Assembly: GCA_008632985.1 (NCBI GenBank)
Contig: QPGO01000036.1
Span: 124,001-188,000 of the forward strand
Source: Psammoneis japonica
Lineage: Eukaryota
Direction: 5' to 3'
Length of the DNA: 64,000 bases
This document shows, piece by piece, positions 37,633 through 50,682 of this stretch. The first letter of the stretch is position 1. Every line of letters starts with the position of its first letter. Below the pieces are notes generated by a model. The model was not told the DNA's origin. It saw only the letters and a program-made list of their open reading frames with translations, and did not search any database. The position numbers and the translations under genes were made by a program.

Positions 37633-37878
37633 GGTCTTCTTCACTGGTTATGCTGTTGATAGTAGTCGTACAAAAAAGATGCGAAGAAGAACAAAGAACC
37701 CAACCATCCATCGCTTCAATATTATTTGCGAATCCTTTCCCTCCAACATCGATAAATTTAGCCTAGTCAAGACCGAAGTGTCAATCCTATGCGAACCCTA
37801 TGTACTTTTTCGCACGATCTCATCCATCATCGATCTTACATTTCTAGCTAGTATTGATTTCTTACGAGTATATCTAAC

Positions 37879-38925
37879 ATGATGGTCCACTTTGTCGCTG
37901 CTGTTGCGGTGCTCTTCCTTCAGCTCGGAACCAACCGAGTCGCTGCGAACGAGTGTCAAGACGAGTATGAAACCTGCTTTCGCACTTGCGAAACGCTTCG
38001 AAAGTATGGAGGAATTGGAAACTGGTGGAGTTGCTATCCAGAATGTGCAGATCAAAAGGACGCCTGTGAAGAATCCGCCGGTGGTATATTGGGTACCGAC
38101 AGTTGTGAAGCCCAGCGCGCAGAGTGCAATGTGCCGTGCTATAACATGCTCAAGTACTGTCCGGAGCACTGCCCCTTTTCGGCTTGCTTCAATGGCTGCG
38201 CTGGTCGCGAATGCGAAAACGATCCAACTCCCCAAGACAAGCCGGATCCTCCGGTACGTGACTGTCAAGAGACTTGGCAAAGGTGCTTCTACGTCTGCGA
38301 GCAGCAAAGAAAGTTTTGCTCTGGCTGTGATGTCTGGGGTTGCTACGTTGGCTGTGCCGACGACAAGCAACTCTGCGAAAAGGAACAAGAACTCACCGAC
38401 GTTTTGCTTGGCACGAGTTGTAACGACACCTTGGTTTCTTGTGCGGATGCATGCAATTCTACGAACGTAGAGGAACGAGGCCAATGTCTCGTCACTTGTG
38501 GAGATGAGAGGGCAACCTGTGACGGAGAAGATCCCGTCGATCCTATTGACTTGGGTGGAGTTCAAGACTGCCAGGAACACCTTCAATCATGTCAGAACAC
38601 CTGCGGCGCACAGCTCAGGTACTGTTATACTTGTGACATTGGCGCTTGCTACATTGGTTGCTCCAAAGACAAGATCCAATGCGACTACAACAACCTTGCT
38701 CAAGAAGACGTTGTTGATAGTTGCCAAGCCAGTCGAGTTTTGTGCGATGCAAACTGTGACGCTTGTGCTGATTGTGATGCCGCTGTTGTCGATGACTGCT
38801 CATCAGGATGCGAGACGCAAAGTGATAGTTGTTTTCAGGTAGCCGGCAATGATAGCAGTGGGTTTCGTCTTGTTGCGGTATCCTTTGCTGGTTTGATCAT
38901 TTCCGCTCTCGGAATTGCGTTTTAA
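37879..38925 (+). CDS. Cys-rich secreted / putative GPI-anchored surface protein with repeated CxxxC helical modules
   Basis: Signal peptide, three ~95 aa repeats beginning (E/D)CQ....C...C, hydrophobic C-terminus. Normal Tyr and TpA content, so the Cys richness is genuine. Confidence 0.8.
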   Translation: MMVHFVAAVAVLFLQLGTNRVAANECQDEYETCFRTCETLRKYGGIGNWWSCYPECADQKDACEESAGGILGTDSCEAQRAECNVPCYNMLKYCPEHCPFSACFNGCAGRECENDPTPQDKPDPPVRDCQETWQRCFYVCEQQRKFCSGCDVWGCYVGCADDKQLCEKEQELTDVLLGTSCNDTLVSCADACNSTNVEERGQCLVTCGDERATCDGEDPVDPIDLGGVQDCQEHLQSCQNTCGAQLRYCYTCDIGACYIGCSKDKIQCDYNNLAQEDVVDSCQASRVLCDANCDACADCDAAVVDDCSSGCETQSDSCFQVAGNDSSGFRLVAVSFAGLIISALGIAF

Positions 38926-39208
38926 GAATGTCCAAGTGAGAACGAATCTTGGATACGTTGCACTGTATGATGTAGTGTAGATGTAGTGTAATGCATGGAA
39001 AACAGAATTAACTCTATGAATCATTAAAACTCCTTGAAAGATTAGAAGCTACTCATAAATGCAATATTGAACTTCATTGGGAAAGCTTGTAACTGTACGT
39101 TATAAACATACTGGCACTCTATTCCAGACACTACTCGAGTAGTCTCGCAGTCATCGGGGCGTGCAGTTACGGTATCACAATGGGCATGGTGTATGGGTTC
39201 CAAAGCCA

Positions 39209-40138
39209 TTAGTAGACACTGCGAGTCATGGAGGTTGGATTGACGAGCTTTTGATAAGCTTGAACAAACACTCGTCGATAGGCAGTTTCGTCTCTAGCAA
39301 AATGTTGTACATGACGGCGCAAACCCTTGTCCACAACGAGAGCAACGTCTGTTGGAATAAAGGCCACGTCACCCAACTCGATTTGATTGTTATTCCATTT
39401 CAACAGATAGGTAAAGTAGTCGTTGGTAAAGGAATCCACAGATGACGTGACAAAAGGAAGCAATGTTGGTGCTCCTTCCAAGCATGCCCGTGTCAAATTT
39501 CGTACGCACGACTTTGGCATGTTGAGCAACGACACATGCCGACCCAAACCATGGACTCCACACAACGCTACAAACTCCTCCTCACTCAATCCAAGTCTAC
39601 CAAAGTATAGCCGCAGTCCATCCGAGTCTAGTCCGGCTTCAGGCAACGCATTGGTAACAACAGATCGTTTTGTCTGCTTTGACATGGGGTGAGCGAGTTT
39701 TCTGGGATCTTGTTGTCCGTCCGCGACATTAACTCTCCCGAGCCCGATTGGCACGTGTGGTCCACCAGCAAACTCCACAGCCTGTGCACCAGCAAGGGCA
39801 ATAACATCTGCCAAGGGACGCAGCAACGAATCTTGCATGCATGCCGAATCATTACAAATCCCAGTCACAATTTCAAGTGGGCGACTCAAAGCCCGATTCT
39901 CGCTCCATTCCAATTCATTTCGAATCGACCCATTCGGACCACCGGTTCTGATTGGTCTTTTCACTTCATCGAACGAATAATCAAGAGTTGTCGCATCGTG
40001 AAAAGCGAGACGTATCAAAGGACCCGCAAGAGTTGGATCAGCCACCAACACATCATTGACACGGTTTCGTACGCATCGAGACCATTCCTTGAAGCATTGA
40101 CCCTCTTCTTCGTCAGTTGCCAAAGACTTTCGGTTCAA
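39209..40138 (-). CDS. Class I heme peroxidase (ascorbate/cytochrome c peroxidase-like), 5' end unresolved
   Basis: LIRLAFHDA, GGPNGSIR..EL...EN, ADVIALAGA.AVE..GGP, VALCGVHGLGR, PTD.AL. No clean in-frame ATG upstream (frameshift or disruption near 40160-40190). Confidence 0.85.
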   Translation of the reverse strand: MNRKSLATDEEEGQCFKEWSRCVRNRVNDVLVADPTLAGPLIRLAFHDATTLDYSFDEVKRPIRTGGPNGSIRNELEWSENRALSRPLEIVTGICNDSACMQDSLLRPLADVIALAGAQAVEFAGGPHVPIGLGRVNVADGQQDPRKLAHPMSKQTKRSVVTNALPEAGLDSDGLRLYFGRLGLSEEEFVALCGVHGLGRHVSLLNMPKSCVRNLTRACLEGAPTLLPFVTSSVDSFTNDYFTYLLKWNNNQIELGDVAFIPTDVALVVDKGLRRHVQHFARDETAYRRVFVQAYQKLVNPTSMTRSVY

Positions 40139-40699
40139 AATGCTGTGAATGGCTACAAGAGTGTGCTTGATTGCAACAAGTTGGTGCTAAATAGCAAAAA
40201 TGCGCTTCTCGTCACCACAACGCTCAAAGGCACCATCATGGGGTTGGGGGGAAACTGCCATGCCGGTGCCGGTGCTGTACACCCTCTACGTGCGCGTGAG
40301 GAGGGGGGGGCAGACGCGGAGCAACGGTCGTGCCTGAGTAGAGTCATGCAGGCAGGAAAAGGGATGGATTTCGAATTGGGGTTGGAGAGTTGGGATTGTA
40401 GTTTGGCAGAGTAGCGGGTCAGTTAGTCAGCGAGCGATTTGGTGATCGCAAGGCTCAGGCTTTGAAGGCCCCATTGTGATGGAGCAGAAGTGGTGTGGTG
40501 GGTCAGACCGAAGCATCAGGTGGATGTGTTTTGCCAAGCGGCCGTGGCAGTGGGTGGAATGGCAGATGGTGACAGTTGGGCACAGGTGCACGTGGCATGG
40601 GCAGCTGGGTGTTGAAAGGAGGATTGGCACATCAAAGCTCGGGCCATCGAAGACAACACCGATCCGCAATCTTTCCAGCCCACCAGCATCTCCAAAAGT

Positions 40700-41700
40700 G
40701 GAGCCCCCAAGCACAATGTGCCCAGAGTGCCCATGCTGTGACACATGGTCTCCGCCAGAAAATTCTGCCACCCAAGACCTTCCCAAGGCAGTTCAAGCTC
40801 ACCTGCGTGCAGAGCATAAAAAACCAGACCTCCAATTTCTCCCACAAGACTTTCTTTCCCAAGCCAACCTCTGCACTCCTGCCAGCACATGTGCAACTCC
40901 ACCCAACACCTGGGCCTCTGCGCGCCCCGGCAACCTGCACAACCACCTTTTGCCCACCACAACCCAGCCCACACTGACACCAACTCAGCCCTTGCAGCTG
41001 CACACCTGTCTCATGGCATGCCTGGCCCACAACAATGCAGTTGCTCGCTGCTCTCGAAGTTGCACCTCCGCCGTTTCGCGCATCCACACATCACAAGCTC
41101 TCTCCCTCCACATGACATGAAGCATTTGTCACCCTGCACCACATCCTCACCTGGATCATTGAATCCACTGAGCCCCTGCACCTTGACCCTGACAACCTGG
41201 CTCCACCCCATGAGTGCACATCTCCCTCTTCTGGAAACTGCTGCTTCTCTTTGAAGCCATCATCCTTGCCCCACCTTGCCGCTCCCCTGCCGCCAACACC
41301 AAGAGACACCCATTGGCTTCCTCCGTTGCCTCAACTCACCTTAAACTCTTCCAACAAGGCTGCATCCATGAGCTGCACAACATCACATGCACCACTCCCT
41401 CCCACTCTGCTCCCACTGCCCATGCACTCGACTTCTCTGCCTCCACCTGCCACCTGCTGCCACACGGCTCAAGCATCCTCTGATGCTGACAACTTCAGCA
41501 CTGCTTGCTGTTGCATCACCTTCAATCTTCCAGTCACCACCATTGATGACACCCGCCTTCACCTTGTCCATGCATCATGCCCACCATGCGCCCCACACCC
41601 GCCGCGGGCATCTGCTTCTAACGCACGACACCCTGTGCCAAAACCATGACCACCGTGCATCTCTGATGATCATTTCCTCACTGCCCCCAGCAAATGCAAG
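40700..41700 (+). mobile_element. Decayed non-LTR retrotransposon-like ORF fragment (Zn finger and pre-RT region)
   Basis: CPxC...HLRAEH, FWKLLLLFEAIILAP...LKLFQQGCIHELH and ADNFSTA...PVTTID across shifted frames resemble CRE/Ambal-type ORFs (recognition from memory). TpA-depleted. Confidence 0.45.
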
Positions 41701-42531
41701 CCTGGCACTCATCTTTGGCGTGGTCCTCAAGCAACTCAATGCTGGACTTTGCCAATGCCTCCCTTCCTCCAATGTCATGCTCACACTGCCTCCCTCATTG
41801 ACGACACTGGCATCTCGCTCCTGCACACTGAATTGCCATGGTTCCTTCAATGCCCCGGGCCCAAAGTGACGGTCATGCCAAATGAGCTTGCAAAAAATGC
41901 AACAGCAAAAACAAGTGACATCACCAAAGTTTGAGGCATTGAATGATGATGACATGCACAGCATCACACCTCGTCACACTTGAGACAATGCATGCATCAC
42001 AGAAGATTCCACCAAGCAGCAGTGACGTGGAATTCCCATTGAATTTTGAAATTGTTCACGTGCAAATCCAACCACATGCACTCGGTTCTTTGTCTGTTGA
42101 GTCGCTCTCCATGATCCATTGGTGCTTTCTCTCACTGCTTGTGGCTTCTGACAAGCAACAAGAGAGAGAGTCATCATGTCATCGTCGCTGCACAGTGCTG
42201 CAACAGATTGAGTTGTTCTGACAAGGCCGCCGTCGTGTTGGCACATGCTTGTGAGGAAATGCAGGCTTTCTTGCCTGGTGCTCACAATGTGATGAAGATT
42301 CTTGAATCAAAGAAGAACAACAAGGGCCAGCAAACATGTGAGAAGAAAATGGTGGAAGAACAGAAGAGGAATCTCTGGCAACTGCTTTGCAGCACACAAT
42401 TTCCAGTTCTGGCATTCAGGTTCATGGGCAGTGCGTCAGGTGGCACCTTCAATGTTGTCAGTGGTTCTGGTGTCACTGTCAAAGGTGGTGAGAATTTCAG
42501 GTTGGGAGAACCCTCATCGTAGACACAGCAA

Positions 42532-43310
42532 ATGGGCCTTCATCTTCTTCTTCACAAAGGAAACTCGTGGCTGATGACGAAGTTTCGGAGCTGCAACAAA
42601 ACTCCCACGATGTGCTCCAAGCATCACAAATTGGCCACACCAATGCTCAGCGAATGCATTGCCAAGGTGGACCCATCACAAAACAACAGCCGCACCAAGC
42701 ATGGAGTCACATGTTCACCGGACGTCAAGGTCGTGAAAAAAGTGGCAAAGAACAGTCGAGTTCCAACTTGGAGAGAAATAAGCCTCACCGCGACGGACAA
42801 TTTGGATCGAGCAAAGTTCATTGGCAACCTTGCTCTTGACACGAACCGTGACTTGCGTGACCACAATCACGAGCTTGTCATGGAGGAATGCAAGAGTGAT
42901 CAAGTGGATCGTTGTCGCCATGAGCAGCACCAGGCCCATTTGGAAGCAGTCCGTTTGCAGGGGGACAATGAACGTTATACTGCCGTGAGCTAAAAGAGGT
43001 GCGTGACAACTGACAACATTGAGCATCTGCACCACAGGTGGAAGGAGGCATGCAATGTCCTTGAGACACGTGAGGGCACCGAGACAGCCCATTTGAGGTC
43101 GGAAAATGAACGTCTTCGCCGCGAGCGAAACGAGGCACGAGAAGATAATAATCGTCTTCGTCGCGAGTGAAACGAGTCACCTGATGATAATGATCGTCTT
43201 TGCCGCGAGCGGAATGAGGCTCTTGCTGACAACGACCGTCATTACCACCAGCTCCGTCCTCTCTAGAGAGACATGCATCCGACTGGATGTCCTTGGCAAT
43301 GACAAATTAA
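42532..43310 (+). pseudogene. Decayed ORF with 42 bp coiled-coil repeats (ENERLRRERNEARE)
   Basis: Three to four 42 bp units at about 43100-43250, with internal stops and frameshifts. Confidence 0.5.
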
Positions 43311-43856
43311 CATAAACTGTTAGCATTGCATTTGAGAAACAAGTAGATTTTCTTAGAATAATTTCGGCGGCATCCACCCCATTGTTCGATATTTTTCCTC
43401 ATGTGATTTCATAGAGGCACACACAGGCATTGCATGTATAATCCCTTGACCAACCAATCATTTATCATTAAAGTGTTCATTCACTCTGCGGTGCCGTATG
43501 AAAGCTAAAATGAAAGAATGAAACTTGCAAGCACGACTCTAGAGTAGCTAGCTTCAAAAGAAGTTAATGAACGTGAGTACACTGTATGAGCACTATACTT
43601 GGAGACGAGAAATGATAGCTCCAAACCCGCAGCGGCTTGCCGAGCCAATTAAAACCACATTATTTTGTGCTCGCACGTTTGAAGAGCAGTGCGATGGGTA
43701 ATAAACGAAAAGTTCATCTATAACAGAGCGATATGCAGACGAAATGGAAGGCCGAAGGGCATGTATGGGGCATTGCCTCTTCCTAATTGTCGTCGTATTA
43801 TAATTAGTCGCAACCGCAACAATTTCAAATCAATCAGTTAATCCACCGTTGCAAGC

Positions 43857-45262
43857 CTATGTTTTCCATTCTTCGCTGGCAGTTTCACGCTCTTCCTCCC
43901 ACCATGTCGTTGTTTTATACCCAGTGCGCAAAAAGTTGAGCGTCTTGCTTTCTTCCTCCAAGATACCTCTTTCCTTCAGTGCGTCGGTGAGTTGTTCCTT
44001 GAACTCACCCAGTGCTGGACGCACCTTGCTACCCACCACCCTTCGGTATTTTCCATTTCCTGTATCTAGAAGCGTTTGATATTGACCGGGATAAGATCGA
44101 AAAAGACACCCTTGGTAATTTACCATGAAACTAACAGGAAATCAACAGTTCGTCATCCATATACGAAATCTGTGTGAGATGCCGTACAGTCCAAACACCA
44201 TGTCCCAAGAAACAAACAAAGGAGCGAATAGTGAACACTTACGGAGGTGAGGCCGTGGACCGACTGTACTGGCGAGTTCGCAAGTAATACACTGGTTTGA
44301 CAAGCGAAAGGAAACGGTCTTGAAACTCTTTGCTAGGGAAAGCCGGCGCACCCAAATCACCACGCAACACATCCAGTTTGAGATTGTAAAAGACGATAGT
44401 CTTTTCCGGGTCGATCTTGTGCAATTCTTCGATATCGGGAAGTTCTTGTGCCGAAGCTACAATGCACACATACATGTCGGTGTTGTTCATCGCTTTTACA
44501 GTGCCTCCGCTGCCATTTCCGAATAAGGACAGGAGAACCTGTTCTGGCTGTAATGGGGGAAGATTGCACGAGATTTATTGTAAGCGTGACAAGATTATTG
44601 CAACTTGTAGTCAAACTGTTTTCGTCTATGAAAACTGTACCTTGAAGATACGATCGTCTCCTTCTTCACTCTTTCTCAAACTCGAAATCGTAACACCGGG
44701 ATGAGGTTCGGCGAACCCGCCAATATTCTCAATCGCAATGTTTGCTTCGGCCTCGTCTGGGAGAAGGACCGCAACCTTTTTCCCCTCTTGCGTAAAAGAC
44801 TTGGCAAAATCAATAGCGAGCTTTAGATTTGCTTCTGCAACATCGTAAGCTGAAACGTCGTCGAGCTCAAGAACATTCGCTGGTAATGGCGGGAACTTCA
44901 CAAAAGAAGAAGGTAAAAAGATGAGATGAATATATGCGGTGAGCAGGAAGGCCCAAGAAGTCTGGATCTCTGTTACTTACCTCGACTTCTATGAGTTTGT
45001 ATCCATCGGCAATCGCCAACTTGGCCGCACGGGCAGAATTAATCTGTAGTTCGAAAAATGACGACGGAGGCTTCTCTCGGTCGGCGGCCTCCTTGACAGC
45101 CACTGGATCGTCCATTGACGGTGGCGGTACGTTGTATAGACGGGTGGAATATCCAAAAGGGGCATTCACGGCTGCATGTCTTGCGTTCGATGTCCACGCC
45201 CATGATGATCCAATTCTACAAACAAAAAGTGACACTGTGAATAGCCACCCGACGAGTTTCAT
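43857..45262 (-). CDS. LPA3: LOW PSII ACCUMULATION 3-like (DUF1995) plastid protein, 4 exons
   Basis: IEVEFPPL, DDVSAYD...AN, YNLKLD.LRGDLG, NYQGCLFR.YPG.YQ, FLR.GYK..TWWE. Introns 44896-44980, 44548-44640 and 44131-44242. Bipartite presequence. Confidence 0.88.
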
Positions 45263-45668
45263 GGTGTCCGGTCGGTGTCTCCTACTGAAGCAAAAGATGA
45301 TCAACGATTTCCCAAACTTTGCTGCGATTGAAAGTATATTCCTTCTGTCTTGGAACTATTCTGACTATGCTGCTTTTCTTCTATTGCATGTTGCCTTTGT
45401 TTCTTGCTTCATGTGAGTCGCCGGGTTGCGCTTGCGAGCTGCCACCGTGGTCTTCTGTGGTCATCGTCGGGCGGATGTGAAATGCGCGGGAACGGGAACA
45501 CGTCATTCCGATGTCTTCTTGTCTGTCGTTACCGGTGCGTCTGCAAAGAAGTGATTGGGCCCGCCTCTCCCGGTGCCGGCAGGTGCTGTGCTGGTAGGGT
45601 GTGCATTGCTCTTATCTTCTGACGGGAGTGTTGCTCGTCTCAGCCGGTCACAGATGTGCACGTCACAA

Positions 45669-48600
45669 GGGCGCCCCATTGTCACTGCAGCAGTTGTTTG
45701 CAGCAAACCCCAAACGCAAGTGTTGTCAAGCTGCCGTGCATGCACCTTGCTCTGTGAGCTTGAGAGTGGCTTGCTTGTGCAGAGCAACTCACCAAGGGTG
45801 ATTGTTCTGAAAGAGTGCACTGCATGTTCAACTCAGTGAGCTCTGTCAGCAGTTGAGAAGGCGCGCACTGTTTGCACAATTGGCCACACTTTTTTCACTT
45901 CCTCCTGCCTTGTGTTTTCCCAGATTCTCACAGAGATCAAGGGAGCATCAGCACACTTGGTGTCTTTGAAATTTTGAGCGCAAATGCCAGTGCTTGCTTT
46001 GCATCTTTGGAGGCGAAAAACAACAAACAACTCCCAAACCATTCTCTGATTAAATGCAGTGTTTTCTTTCTGACTTTGCAGCTGCTCCTCTGCTGACCTT
46101 GACAACTTGGAGTTGTGTTGACTCTGCTGCTTCTCCTCCATTGCACATTGTCCTGCACCACCTCTTGGCCAACACAAGCCAGCTCCAAGCTGTCATTGTT
46201 GTTGTCATGCAGACATGTGTGAAGTGTGCAAGAACAACACATCATTTCATTGTCTTGTCCATCATTTTGTCAGCAGGATGTGCTTGCTCTTCTGACAAAA
46301 GTGTTGCATCACTTTGTTCAGCTGGCTAAAAACCTGTCAAGAGAGTGCCCCCTGTTGGCGCTTGTCAAGATGGTGCAGTTGAGTGGGTTCAGACAATTTT
46401 GCAGTGCTTTTCTGGAAATCATGTTGTGCCCCTGTTTTGCCAGAAAAATGCAAGAGAAAGAGCACTGCAGCCATGGCCCGTGTTGGCTGGGAGGTGAGTG
46501 TTGTTGCTGTGGCTGGTGCCTGTGCAGGCGCCAGCTGTCAGAAATGCTGCTGGGCCAGTGGCATCAACAGCTGCTCTGTCCTGCTTTGTGCCTCCTCCAC
46601 TTGCTGTGTTTTTGTTCCCTTCCTCCTGCTTTTCTTCTCTGTGCACAACTGGTGCTCTCTGGGAGAGAGCTCTCCAAGAGAAAATCAGGCTCTTTGATGT
46701 GAGGAGCACAGCAACAATGTTGGGAAAAGAAAAAAATTGTCTGGCAGTGCTTGTTGAGCCCAGAGGCAAGGCAGCAGTGCCCCCAGAGCTGCTGAAAAGA
46801 GGAGAAGAAACCCCCAGTGCTGCAAAGAAAACATGTCTTGATTGTGAGCACACAAGAGCAAGGGGGGTGCCAGCTCCAGATCTCAGCTTCTGCCCAGGTG
46901 CTGGGAAGGGGGGGGCAATGCTGTGCTGCCTGTTCCCTGGGCAGCACTTTCAGCTTTGCTTTGAGTTTCTTGGTGCCTCCAGCCACACAGGAGGCTGTGC
47001 TTTGAAAGCTGCCCAGTTTTTTGTTTTGTGTCATTGGGAAAGATCAGCTTTCAATGAGTGTGCAAAAAATTGGCACATCCACAAAACAGCAGAGCTTGGT
47101 GTGTCAATGTGAGAACATTTCCATTGGCAGCATGCACTTTTGTTGAAACATTTTTGAAAACTGAAACTCACACTTCATTCTCAGTGGTTGATGGTTGGCT
47201 TGCTCATCTCACACTGCTCTCCTCATTGAGTGTCTGCAAGTGCACAGGGTTCAAAAGTCTGCTTGATGCTGGTGGCCAACTGGAGACATCTGTTGACTCA
47301 AGCATCAGCTGGAAGCAGTGGTGGTGATGGCCAATGTTGACAAGATCTCCATTGTCAAGTGAGAAAAAATTTCTGCCTTGTTGTGGAGTGAAGTGGCTGC
47401 AAAACAAGTGGGATGTTGCTCATGCTGCTGTTTTGCTTTGCAACATGAAGCCCACTGCACTTGGCTGCCTGCAGGCTTCTTGTTCATCACATGCTCCCCC
47501 ACAAAAAAATTCAGCTTGCAATGAAGCAAAAGGTGGTGGCTCCAAAATTGAAATGCTGCCAACATTGTTGCCCCAGTTTGCAATGTGCTGGGGCCTGTCA
47601 TGCTTGTCTGCGAGTGCTGCTTGGTTGTTCAGCACCCTCAAAACTGAGCAGAGCAACTCTTTTGTCCCTGTGTGACAAAGCTGATGTGGGAAAACTTCAA
47701 AGGCTGTTTTTTGTGTTGCTCTTTGCAGCTGGCATTGCTGAGCTCACAAAAAATGGCATCATGAAAATGCAGTTGAGCAATCTGAAGGAGAAAAAATGAG
47801 GCCACATGCAAAAAATGCCATGAGTTGCAATGCTCTCTGCAAGCCAGAACAAAGTGCAAAATCCAAAATTTTAACCAAAGCATGGTGGCATTGAGGAGCA
47901 TGGCCTTCTTGGTGACCTGCCACCATGCTCTCACCTTCTTGGTCCTGGTGGTTGTTGGTTTGAGGATTTGCAAGTTCATGGTGTGCATGAAAAGGGTGCT
48001 GGTGCATTTGTGTGACAATCCTGTGATGCTTTTGCTTGTGTTGATGGCCTGGCATGTGTCTTGTGAGCCCTTGAAGCTGCTGCACTTAAAAATTCCTTTG
48101 ACAACTCAATCATGAGAGCATGTTTTGACTCTGTTCCATCTTCTGCAAGTGACCCAGGTGCCTCATGCCAATGTGGCACTTTTTGCATGGAGCACAAAAA
48201 AGATCTTGAGCCCAACAGACTCCCCTGTGCCAATCAGTGGACATGCTCCAAAACATCTTTGCATCTTGCAGGAGCAAAGTTCACCAAGTGGTGACAACAC
48301 CAACAGAGTTTAATGTCAAAGGCTGGGATGACATCAGCAAATGTGCTCCACACTTGCTTGCTGGTCAACTGCTGCCTGCAGGTGCTTGAGCATGAGCAAG
48401 AGGCCTTGCATGAGTTGAAAACAGTCATTTCCATTGAGTGATTTTCCACAGAATGGGCTGTGTTTTGCTTTGATCAGTGGCTTGTTCTTCAGCAGCTTCT
48501 CACATTTGCTTGAGTTGTCCTCTTTTGGCTTTTGGCACAGTCATTTTTAAGTCCTTCAGCAACTTTTCAAGTGATGGCAGTGCTCTTTTTCTCCTTTTTT

Positions 48601-50680
48601 GGCATCAATTCCTGGCTGGCATGTGCTGCCATGAGAATGGTGAAGAAACTGCTCTTGGCTGCCACCCAGATTGCCAATTTGGCAGGCCTCAAAAAAGCTC
48701 ATCCCATGCTTTCTTGAAAATCTCTTTTGCACTTTTGACAGATTTGTTGTTCAGCATGTTTCTCAGCCTTCTTGAAGATGACAAATGCAGTGATCAAGTC
48801 ATGAGTGTCTGAAAATTCATGGCACACTGGTCATCACTCTGACAGTTGACTCAAAAACCAGCTCATCCCACAACTTGTTTGTGACACAAAAAAACATGAA
48901 GCAGGACAGTTTGACAAATGTGGGAGAAGTTGGCTGGAATGAGTGGCTCATGCATTGCTGAGCTGTTTTTGTTTGTGCATCATTTTCATTTGCCAATTGG
49001 CTTCATTTGTTTTGCTTCCTGAAGCTGTTTCTGAAATTGTCCATGAGTCCATGAGTGTGTGCCTCTCTTCACATTTCATGTGTTTGTCTCACTTTTTCAA
49101 AGTTTTAAAGAGGACATTGCACATGCAGCATGGGAGGGGGGTTCTTGAAGAGGCATCCTGAGATTTTGTGCCACCAAGAACACAGTGTAAGTTGCAGATC
49201 ACTGTTGTCACTTTCCCAGATTGCATTTTTTGGTGCAGAATGCTTGAGGAGTCCAGCTGCACATTTCTTTTGTCCCTTTCTGTGTCAAGGAGCTGAGCTC
49301 CCCATGCCATGTGGATTGAAAGTTCATGACAAGTTCTTGCCAACTCAGTGCAGGCTGCCCAGTTGAGCCTTTCCCATTGAAGACCATGGCACAAAGCACC
49401 CTCTTCTCAAAAACTTGTGGGACCATCTTTGGAGGTGCCTTGCATGTTGAATCAAAGCAAAAATCCACATCATCTTTCATGGTGTCAAATGCGCCCTTTT
49501 TGAAACTGCAGCATGTGTCTGGTGCATCCAAGGCTGCACAAACATCAAAGAAGTCTGTGCTGTTAGGCTCAATGCACACATCACGGTTGCTTCAAACTTG
49601 AGCTGCATGAATTTGTCTCCTTTGTCCCTGCCAAAACACATGATGACAGTTTTGTCATCACAAGCAAAGGCATTTTTGATGATGTTCACACAAGCAGCTT
49701 TGAGCCACACAACAGCGCAACACTGCAGCACACTGTTTTGCCAACACTGTCAACAGCATGTTGTTGCCACTCTGGCACCTCTTGTCTTTTTGACATGAGC
49801 TTCACTTTGTCAACAGCACAGTCTGGTGGAGTCCCTTCCATCATCCTTGAAAGAGTCTGCCTTCAACCACACAAACCAGCACCCCTGGCAGCAGGAAAAG
49901 CAAACAGCTGGTTGTGGCAATTTCTTGTTCAGTGCCCCCCTCCCCTCCCAGCCTGTGTTGCAGCTGTCAAGCATTGACTTCACCCAACATCTGCATTTTC
50001 CTGTGGAAATGAGTGTGCAGCCCCCCTCTTGGCACGCGACAATTTTTTCCATTGCAGCACCCTTTTGCCACAAATCACATTGTGAGACAGAGTTTTGGGC
50101 AAGACACTTGCAGCAGATGCAATGTCCCTCTGCTTTGTTTGTGTGCTGGCACCACCTCTTGAACTCTTGGCTTGCATCCACTCTGACCCCCAATCATCTT
50201 GGTCCTTTGGCTTGACAAAGCCATGCAAGTTTGGACCCTGGACCCCAGTGGGCTCTGTTGCCAGTTCACGCTCAGTGTGCTTGACCATTTTCAACATCAA
50301 CTCATCATCAATTTTCACAAAACTGTTCAAAGATGACAGCAAAATTTTGCTGCCACAGCACCATTGGATGAGTCTGCTGGCAACTCAGATTCTGTTTCTG
50401 GGGGGGGGGGGAACATGACACCAAGGCACCACTTGCCTTTGCCAAATTGGAGCCAGAGTCAGAGTCAGACTCTCCTCTTGTGCAGGGGGTGGCAGGAAGT
50501 GGCATCATTGGCATTGTTCTTGCCACAGCTGCCAAAGCAATGGAAGAAGGTTGAGCACCCTTTTGTGTGCAACCATGCCACAGATCTTCTTTTGCCAAGT
50601 TTTCAAGCTGAAGTTGTGACAGCAAGGTGTGACAGAGGTGCCGCCATGCCCAGCCAGAGGTCGGGTGACTCATTTTCACT
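45669..50680. repeat. Copy 1 of a ~5 kb decayed repeat unit (unclassified element)
   Basis: Collinear anchors shared with 50683-55430: GGG(CG/TG)CCCCATTG.CACTGCAGCAG, CACTTCCTCCTGCCTTGTGTT, GAAGCAGTGGTGGTGA, TGACAAATGCAGTGATCAA, ATGACACCAAGGCACCACTTGCC. Confidence 0.8.
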
Positions 50681-50682
50681 GA

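Noticed and set aside
37879..38925. Cys-rich ORF as another hypermutation product
   Set aside because: It retains Tyr, TpA and CpG, has regular Cys spacing, a signal peptide and an intact frame.
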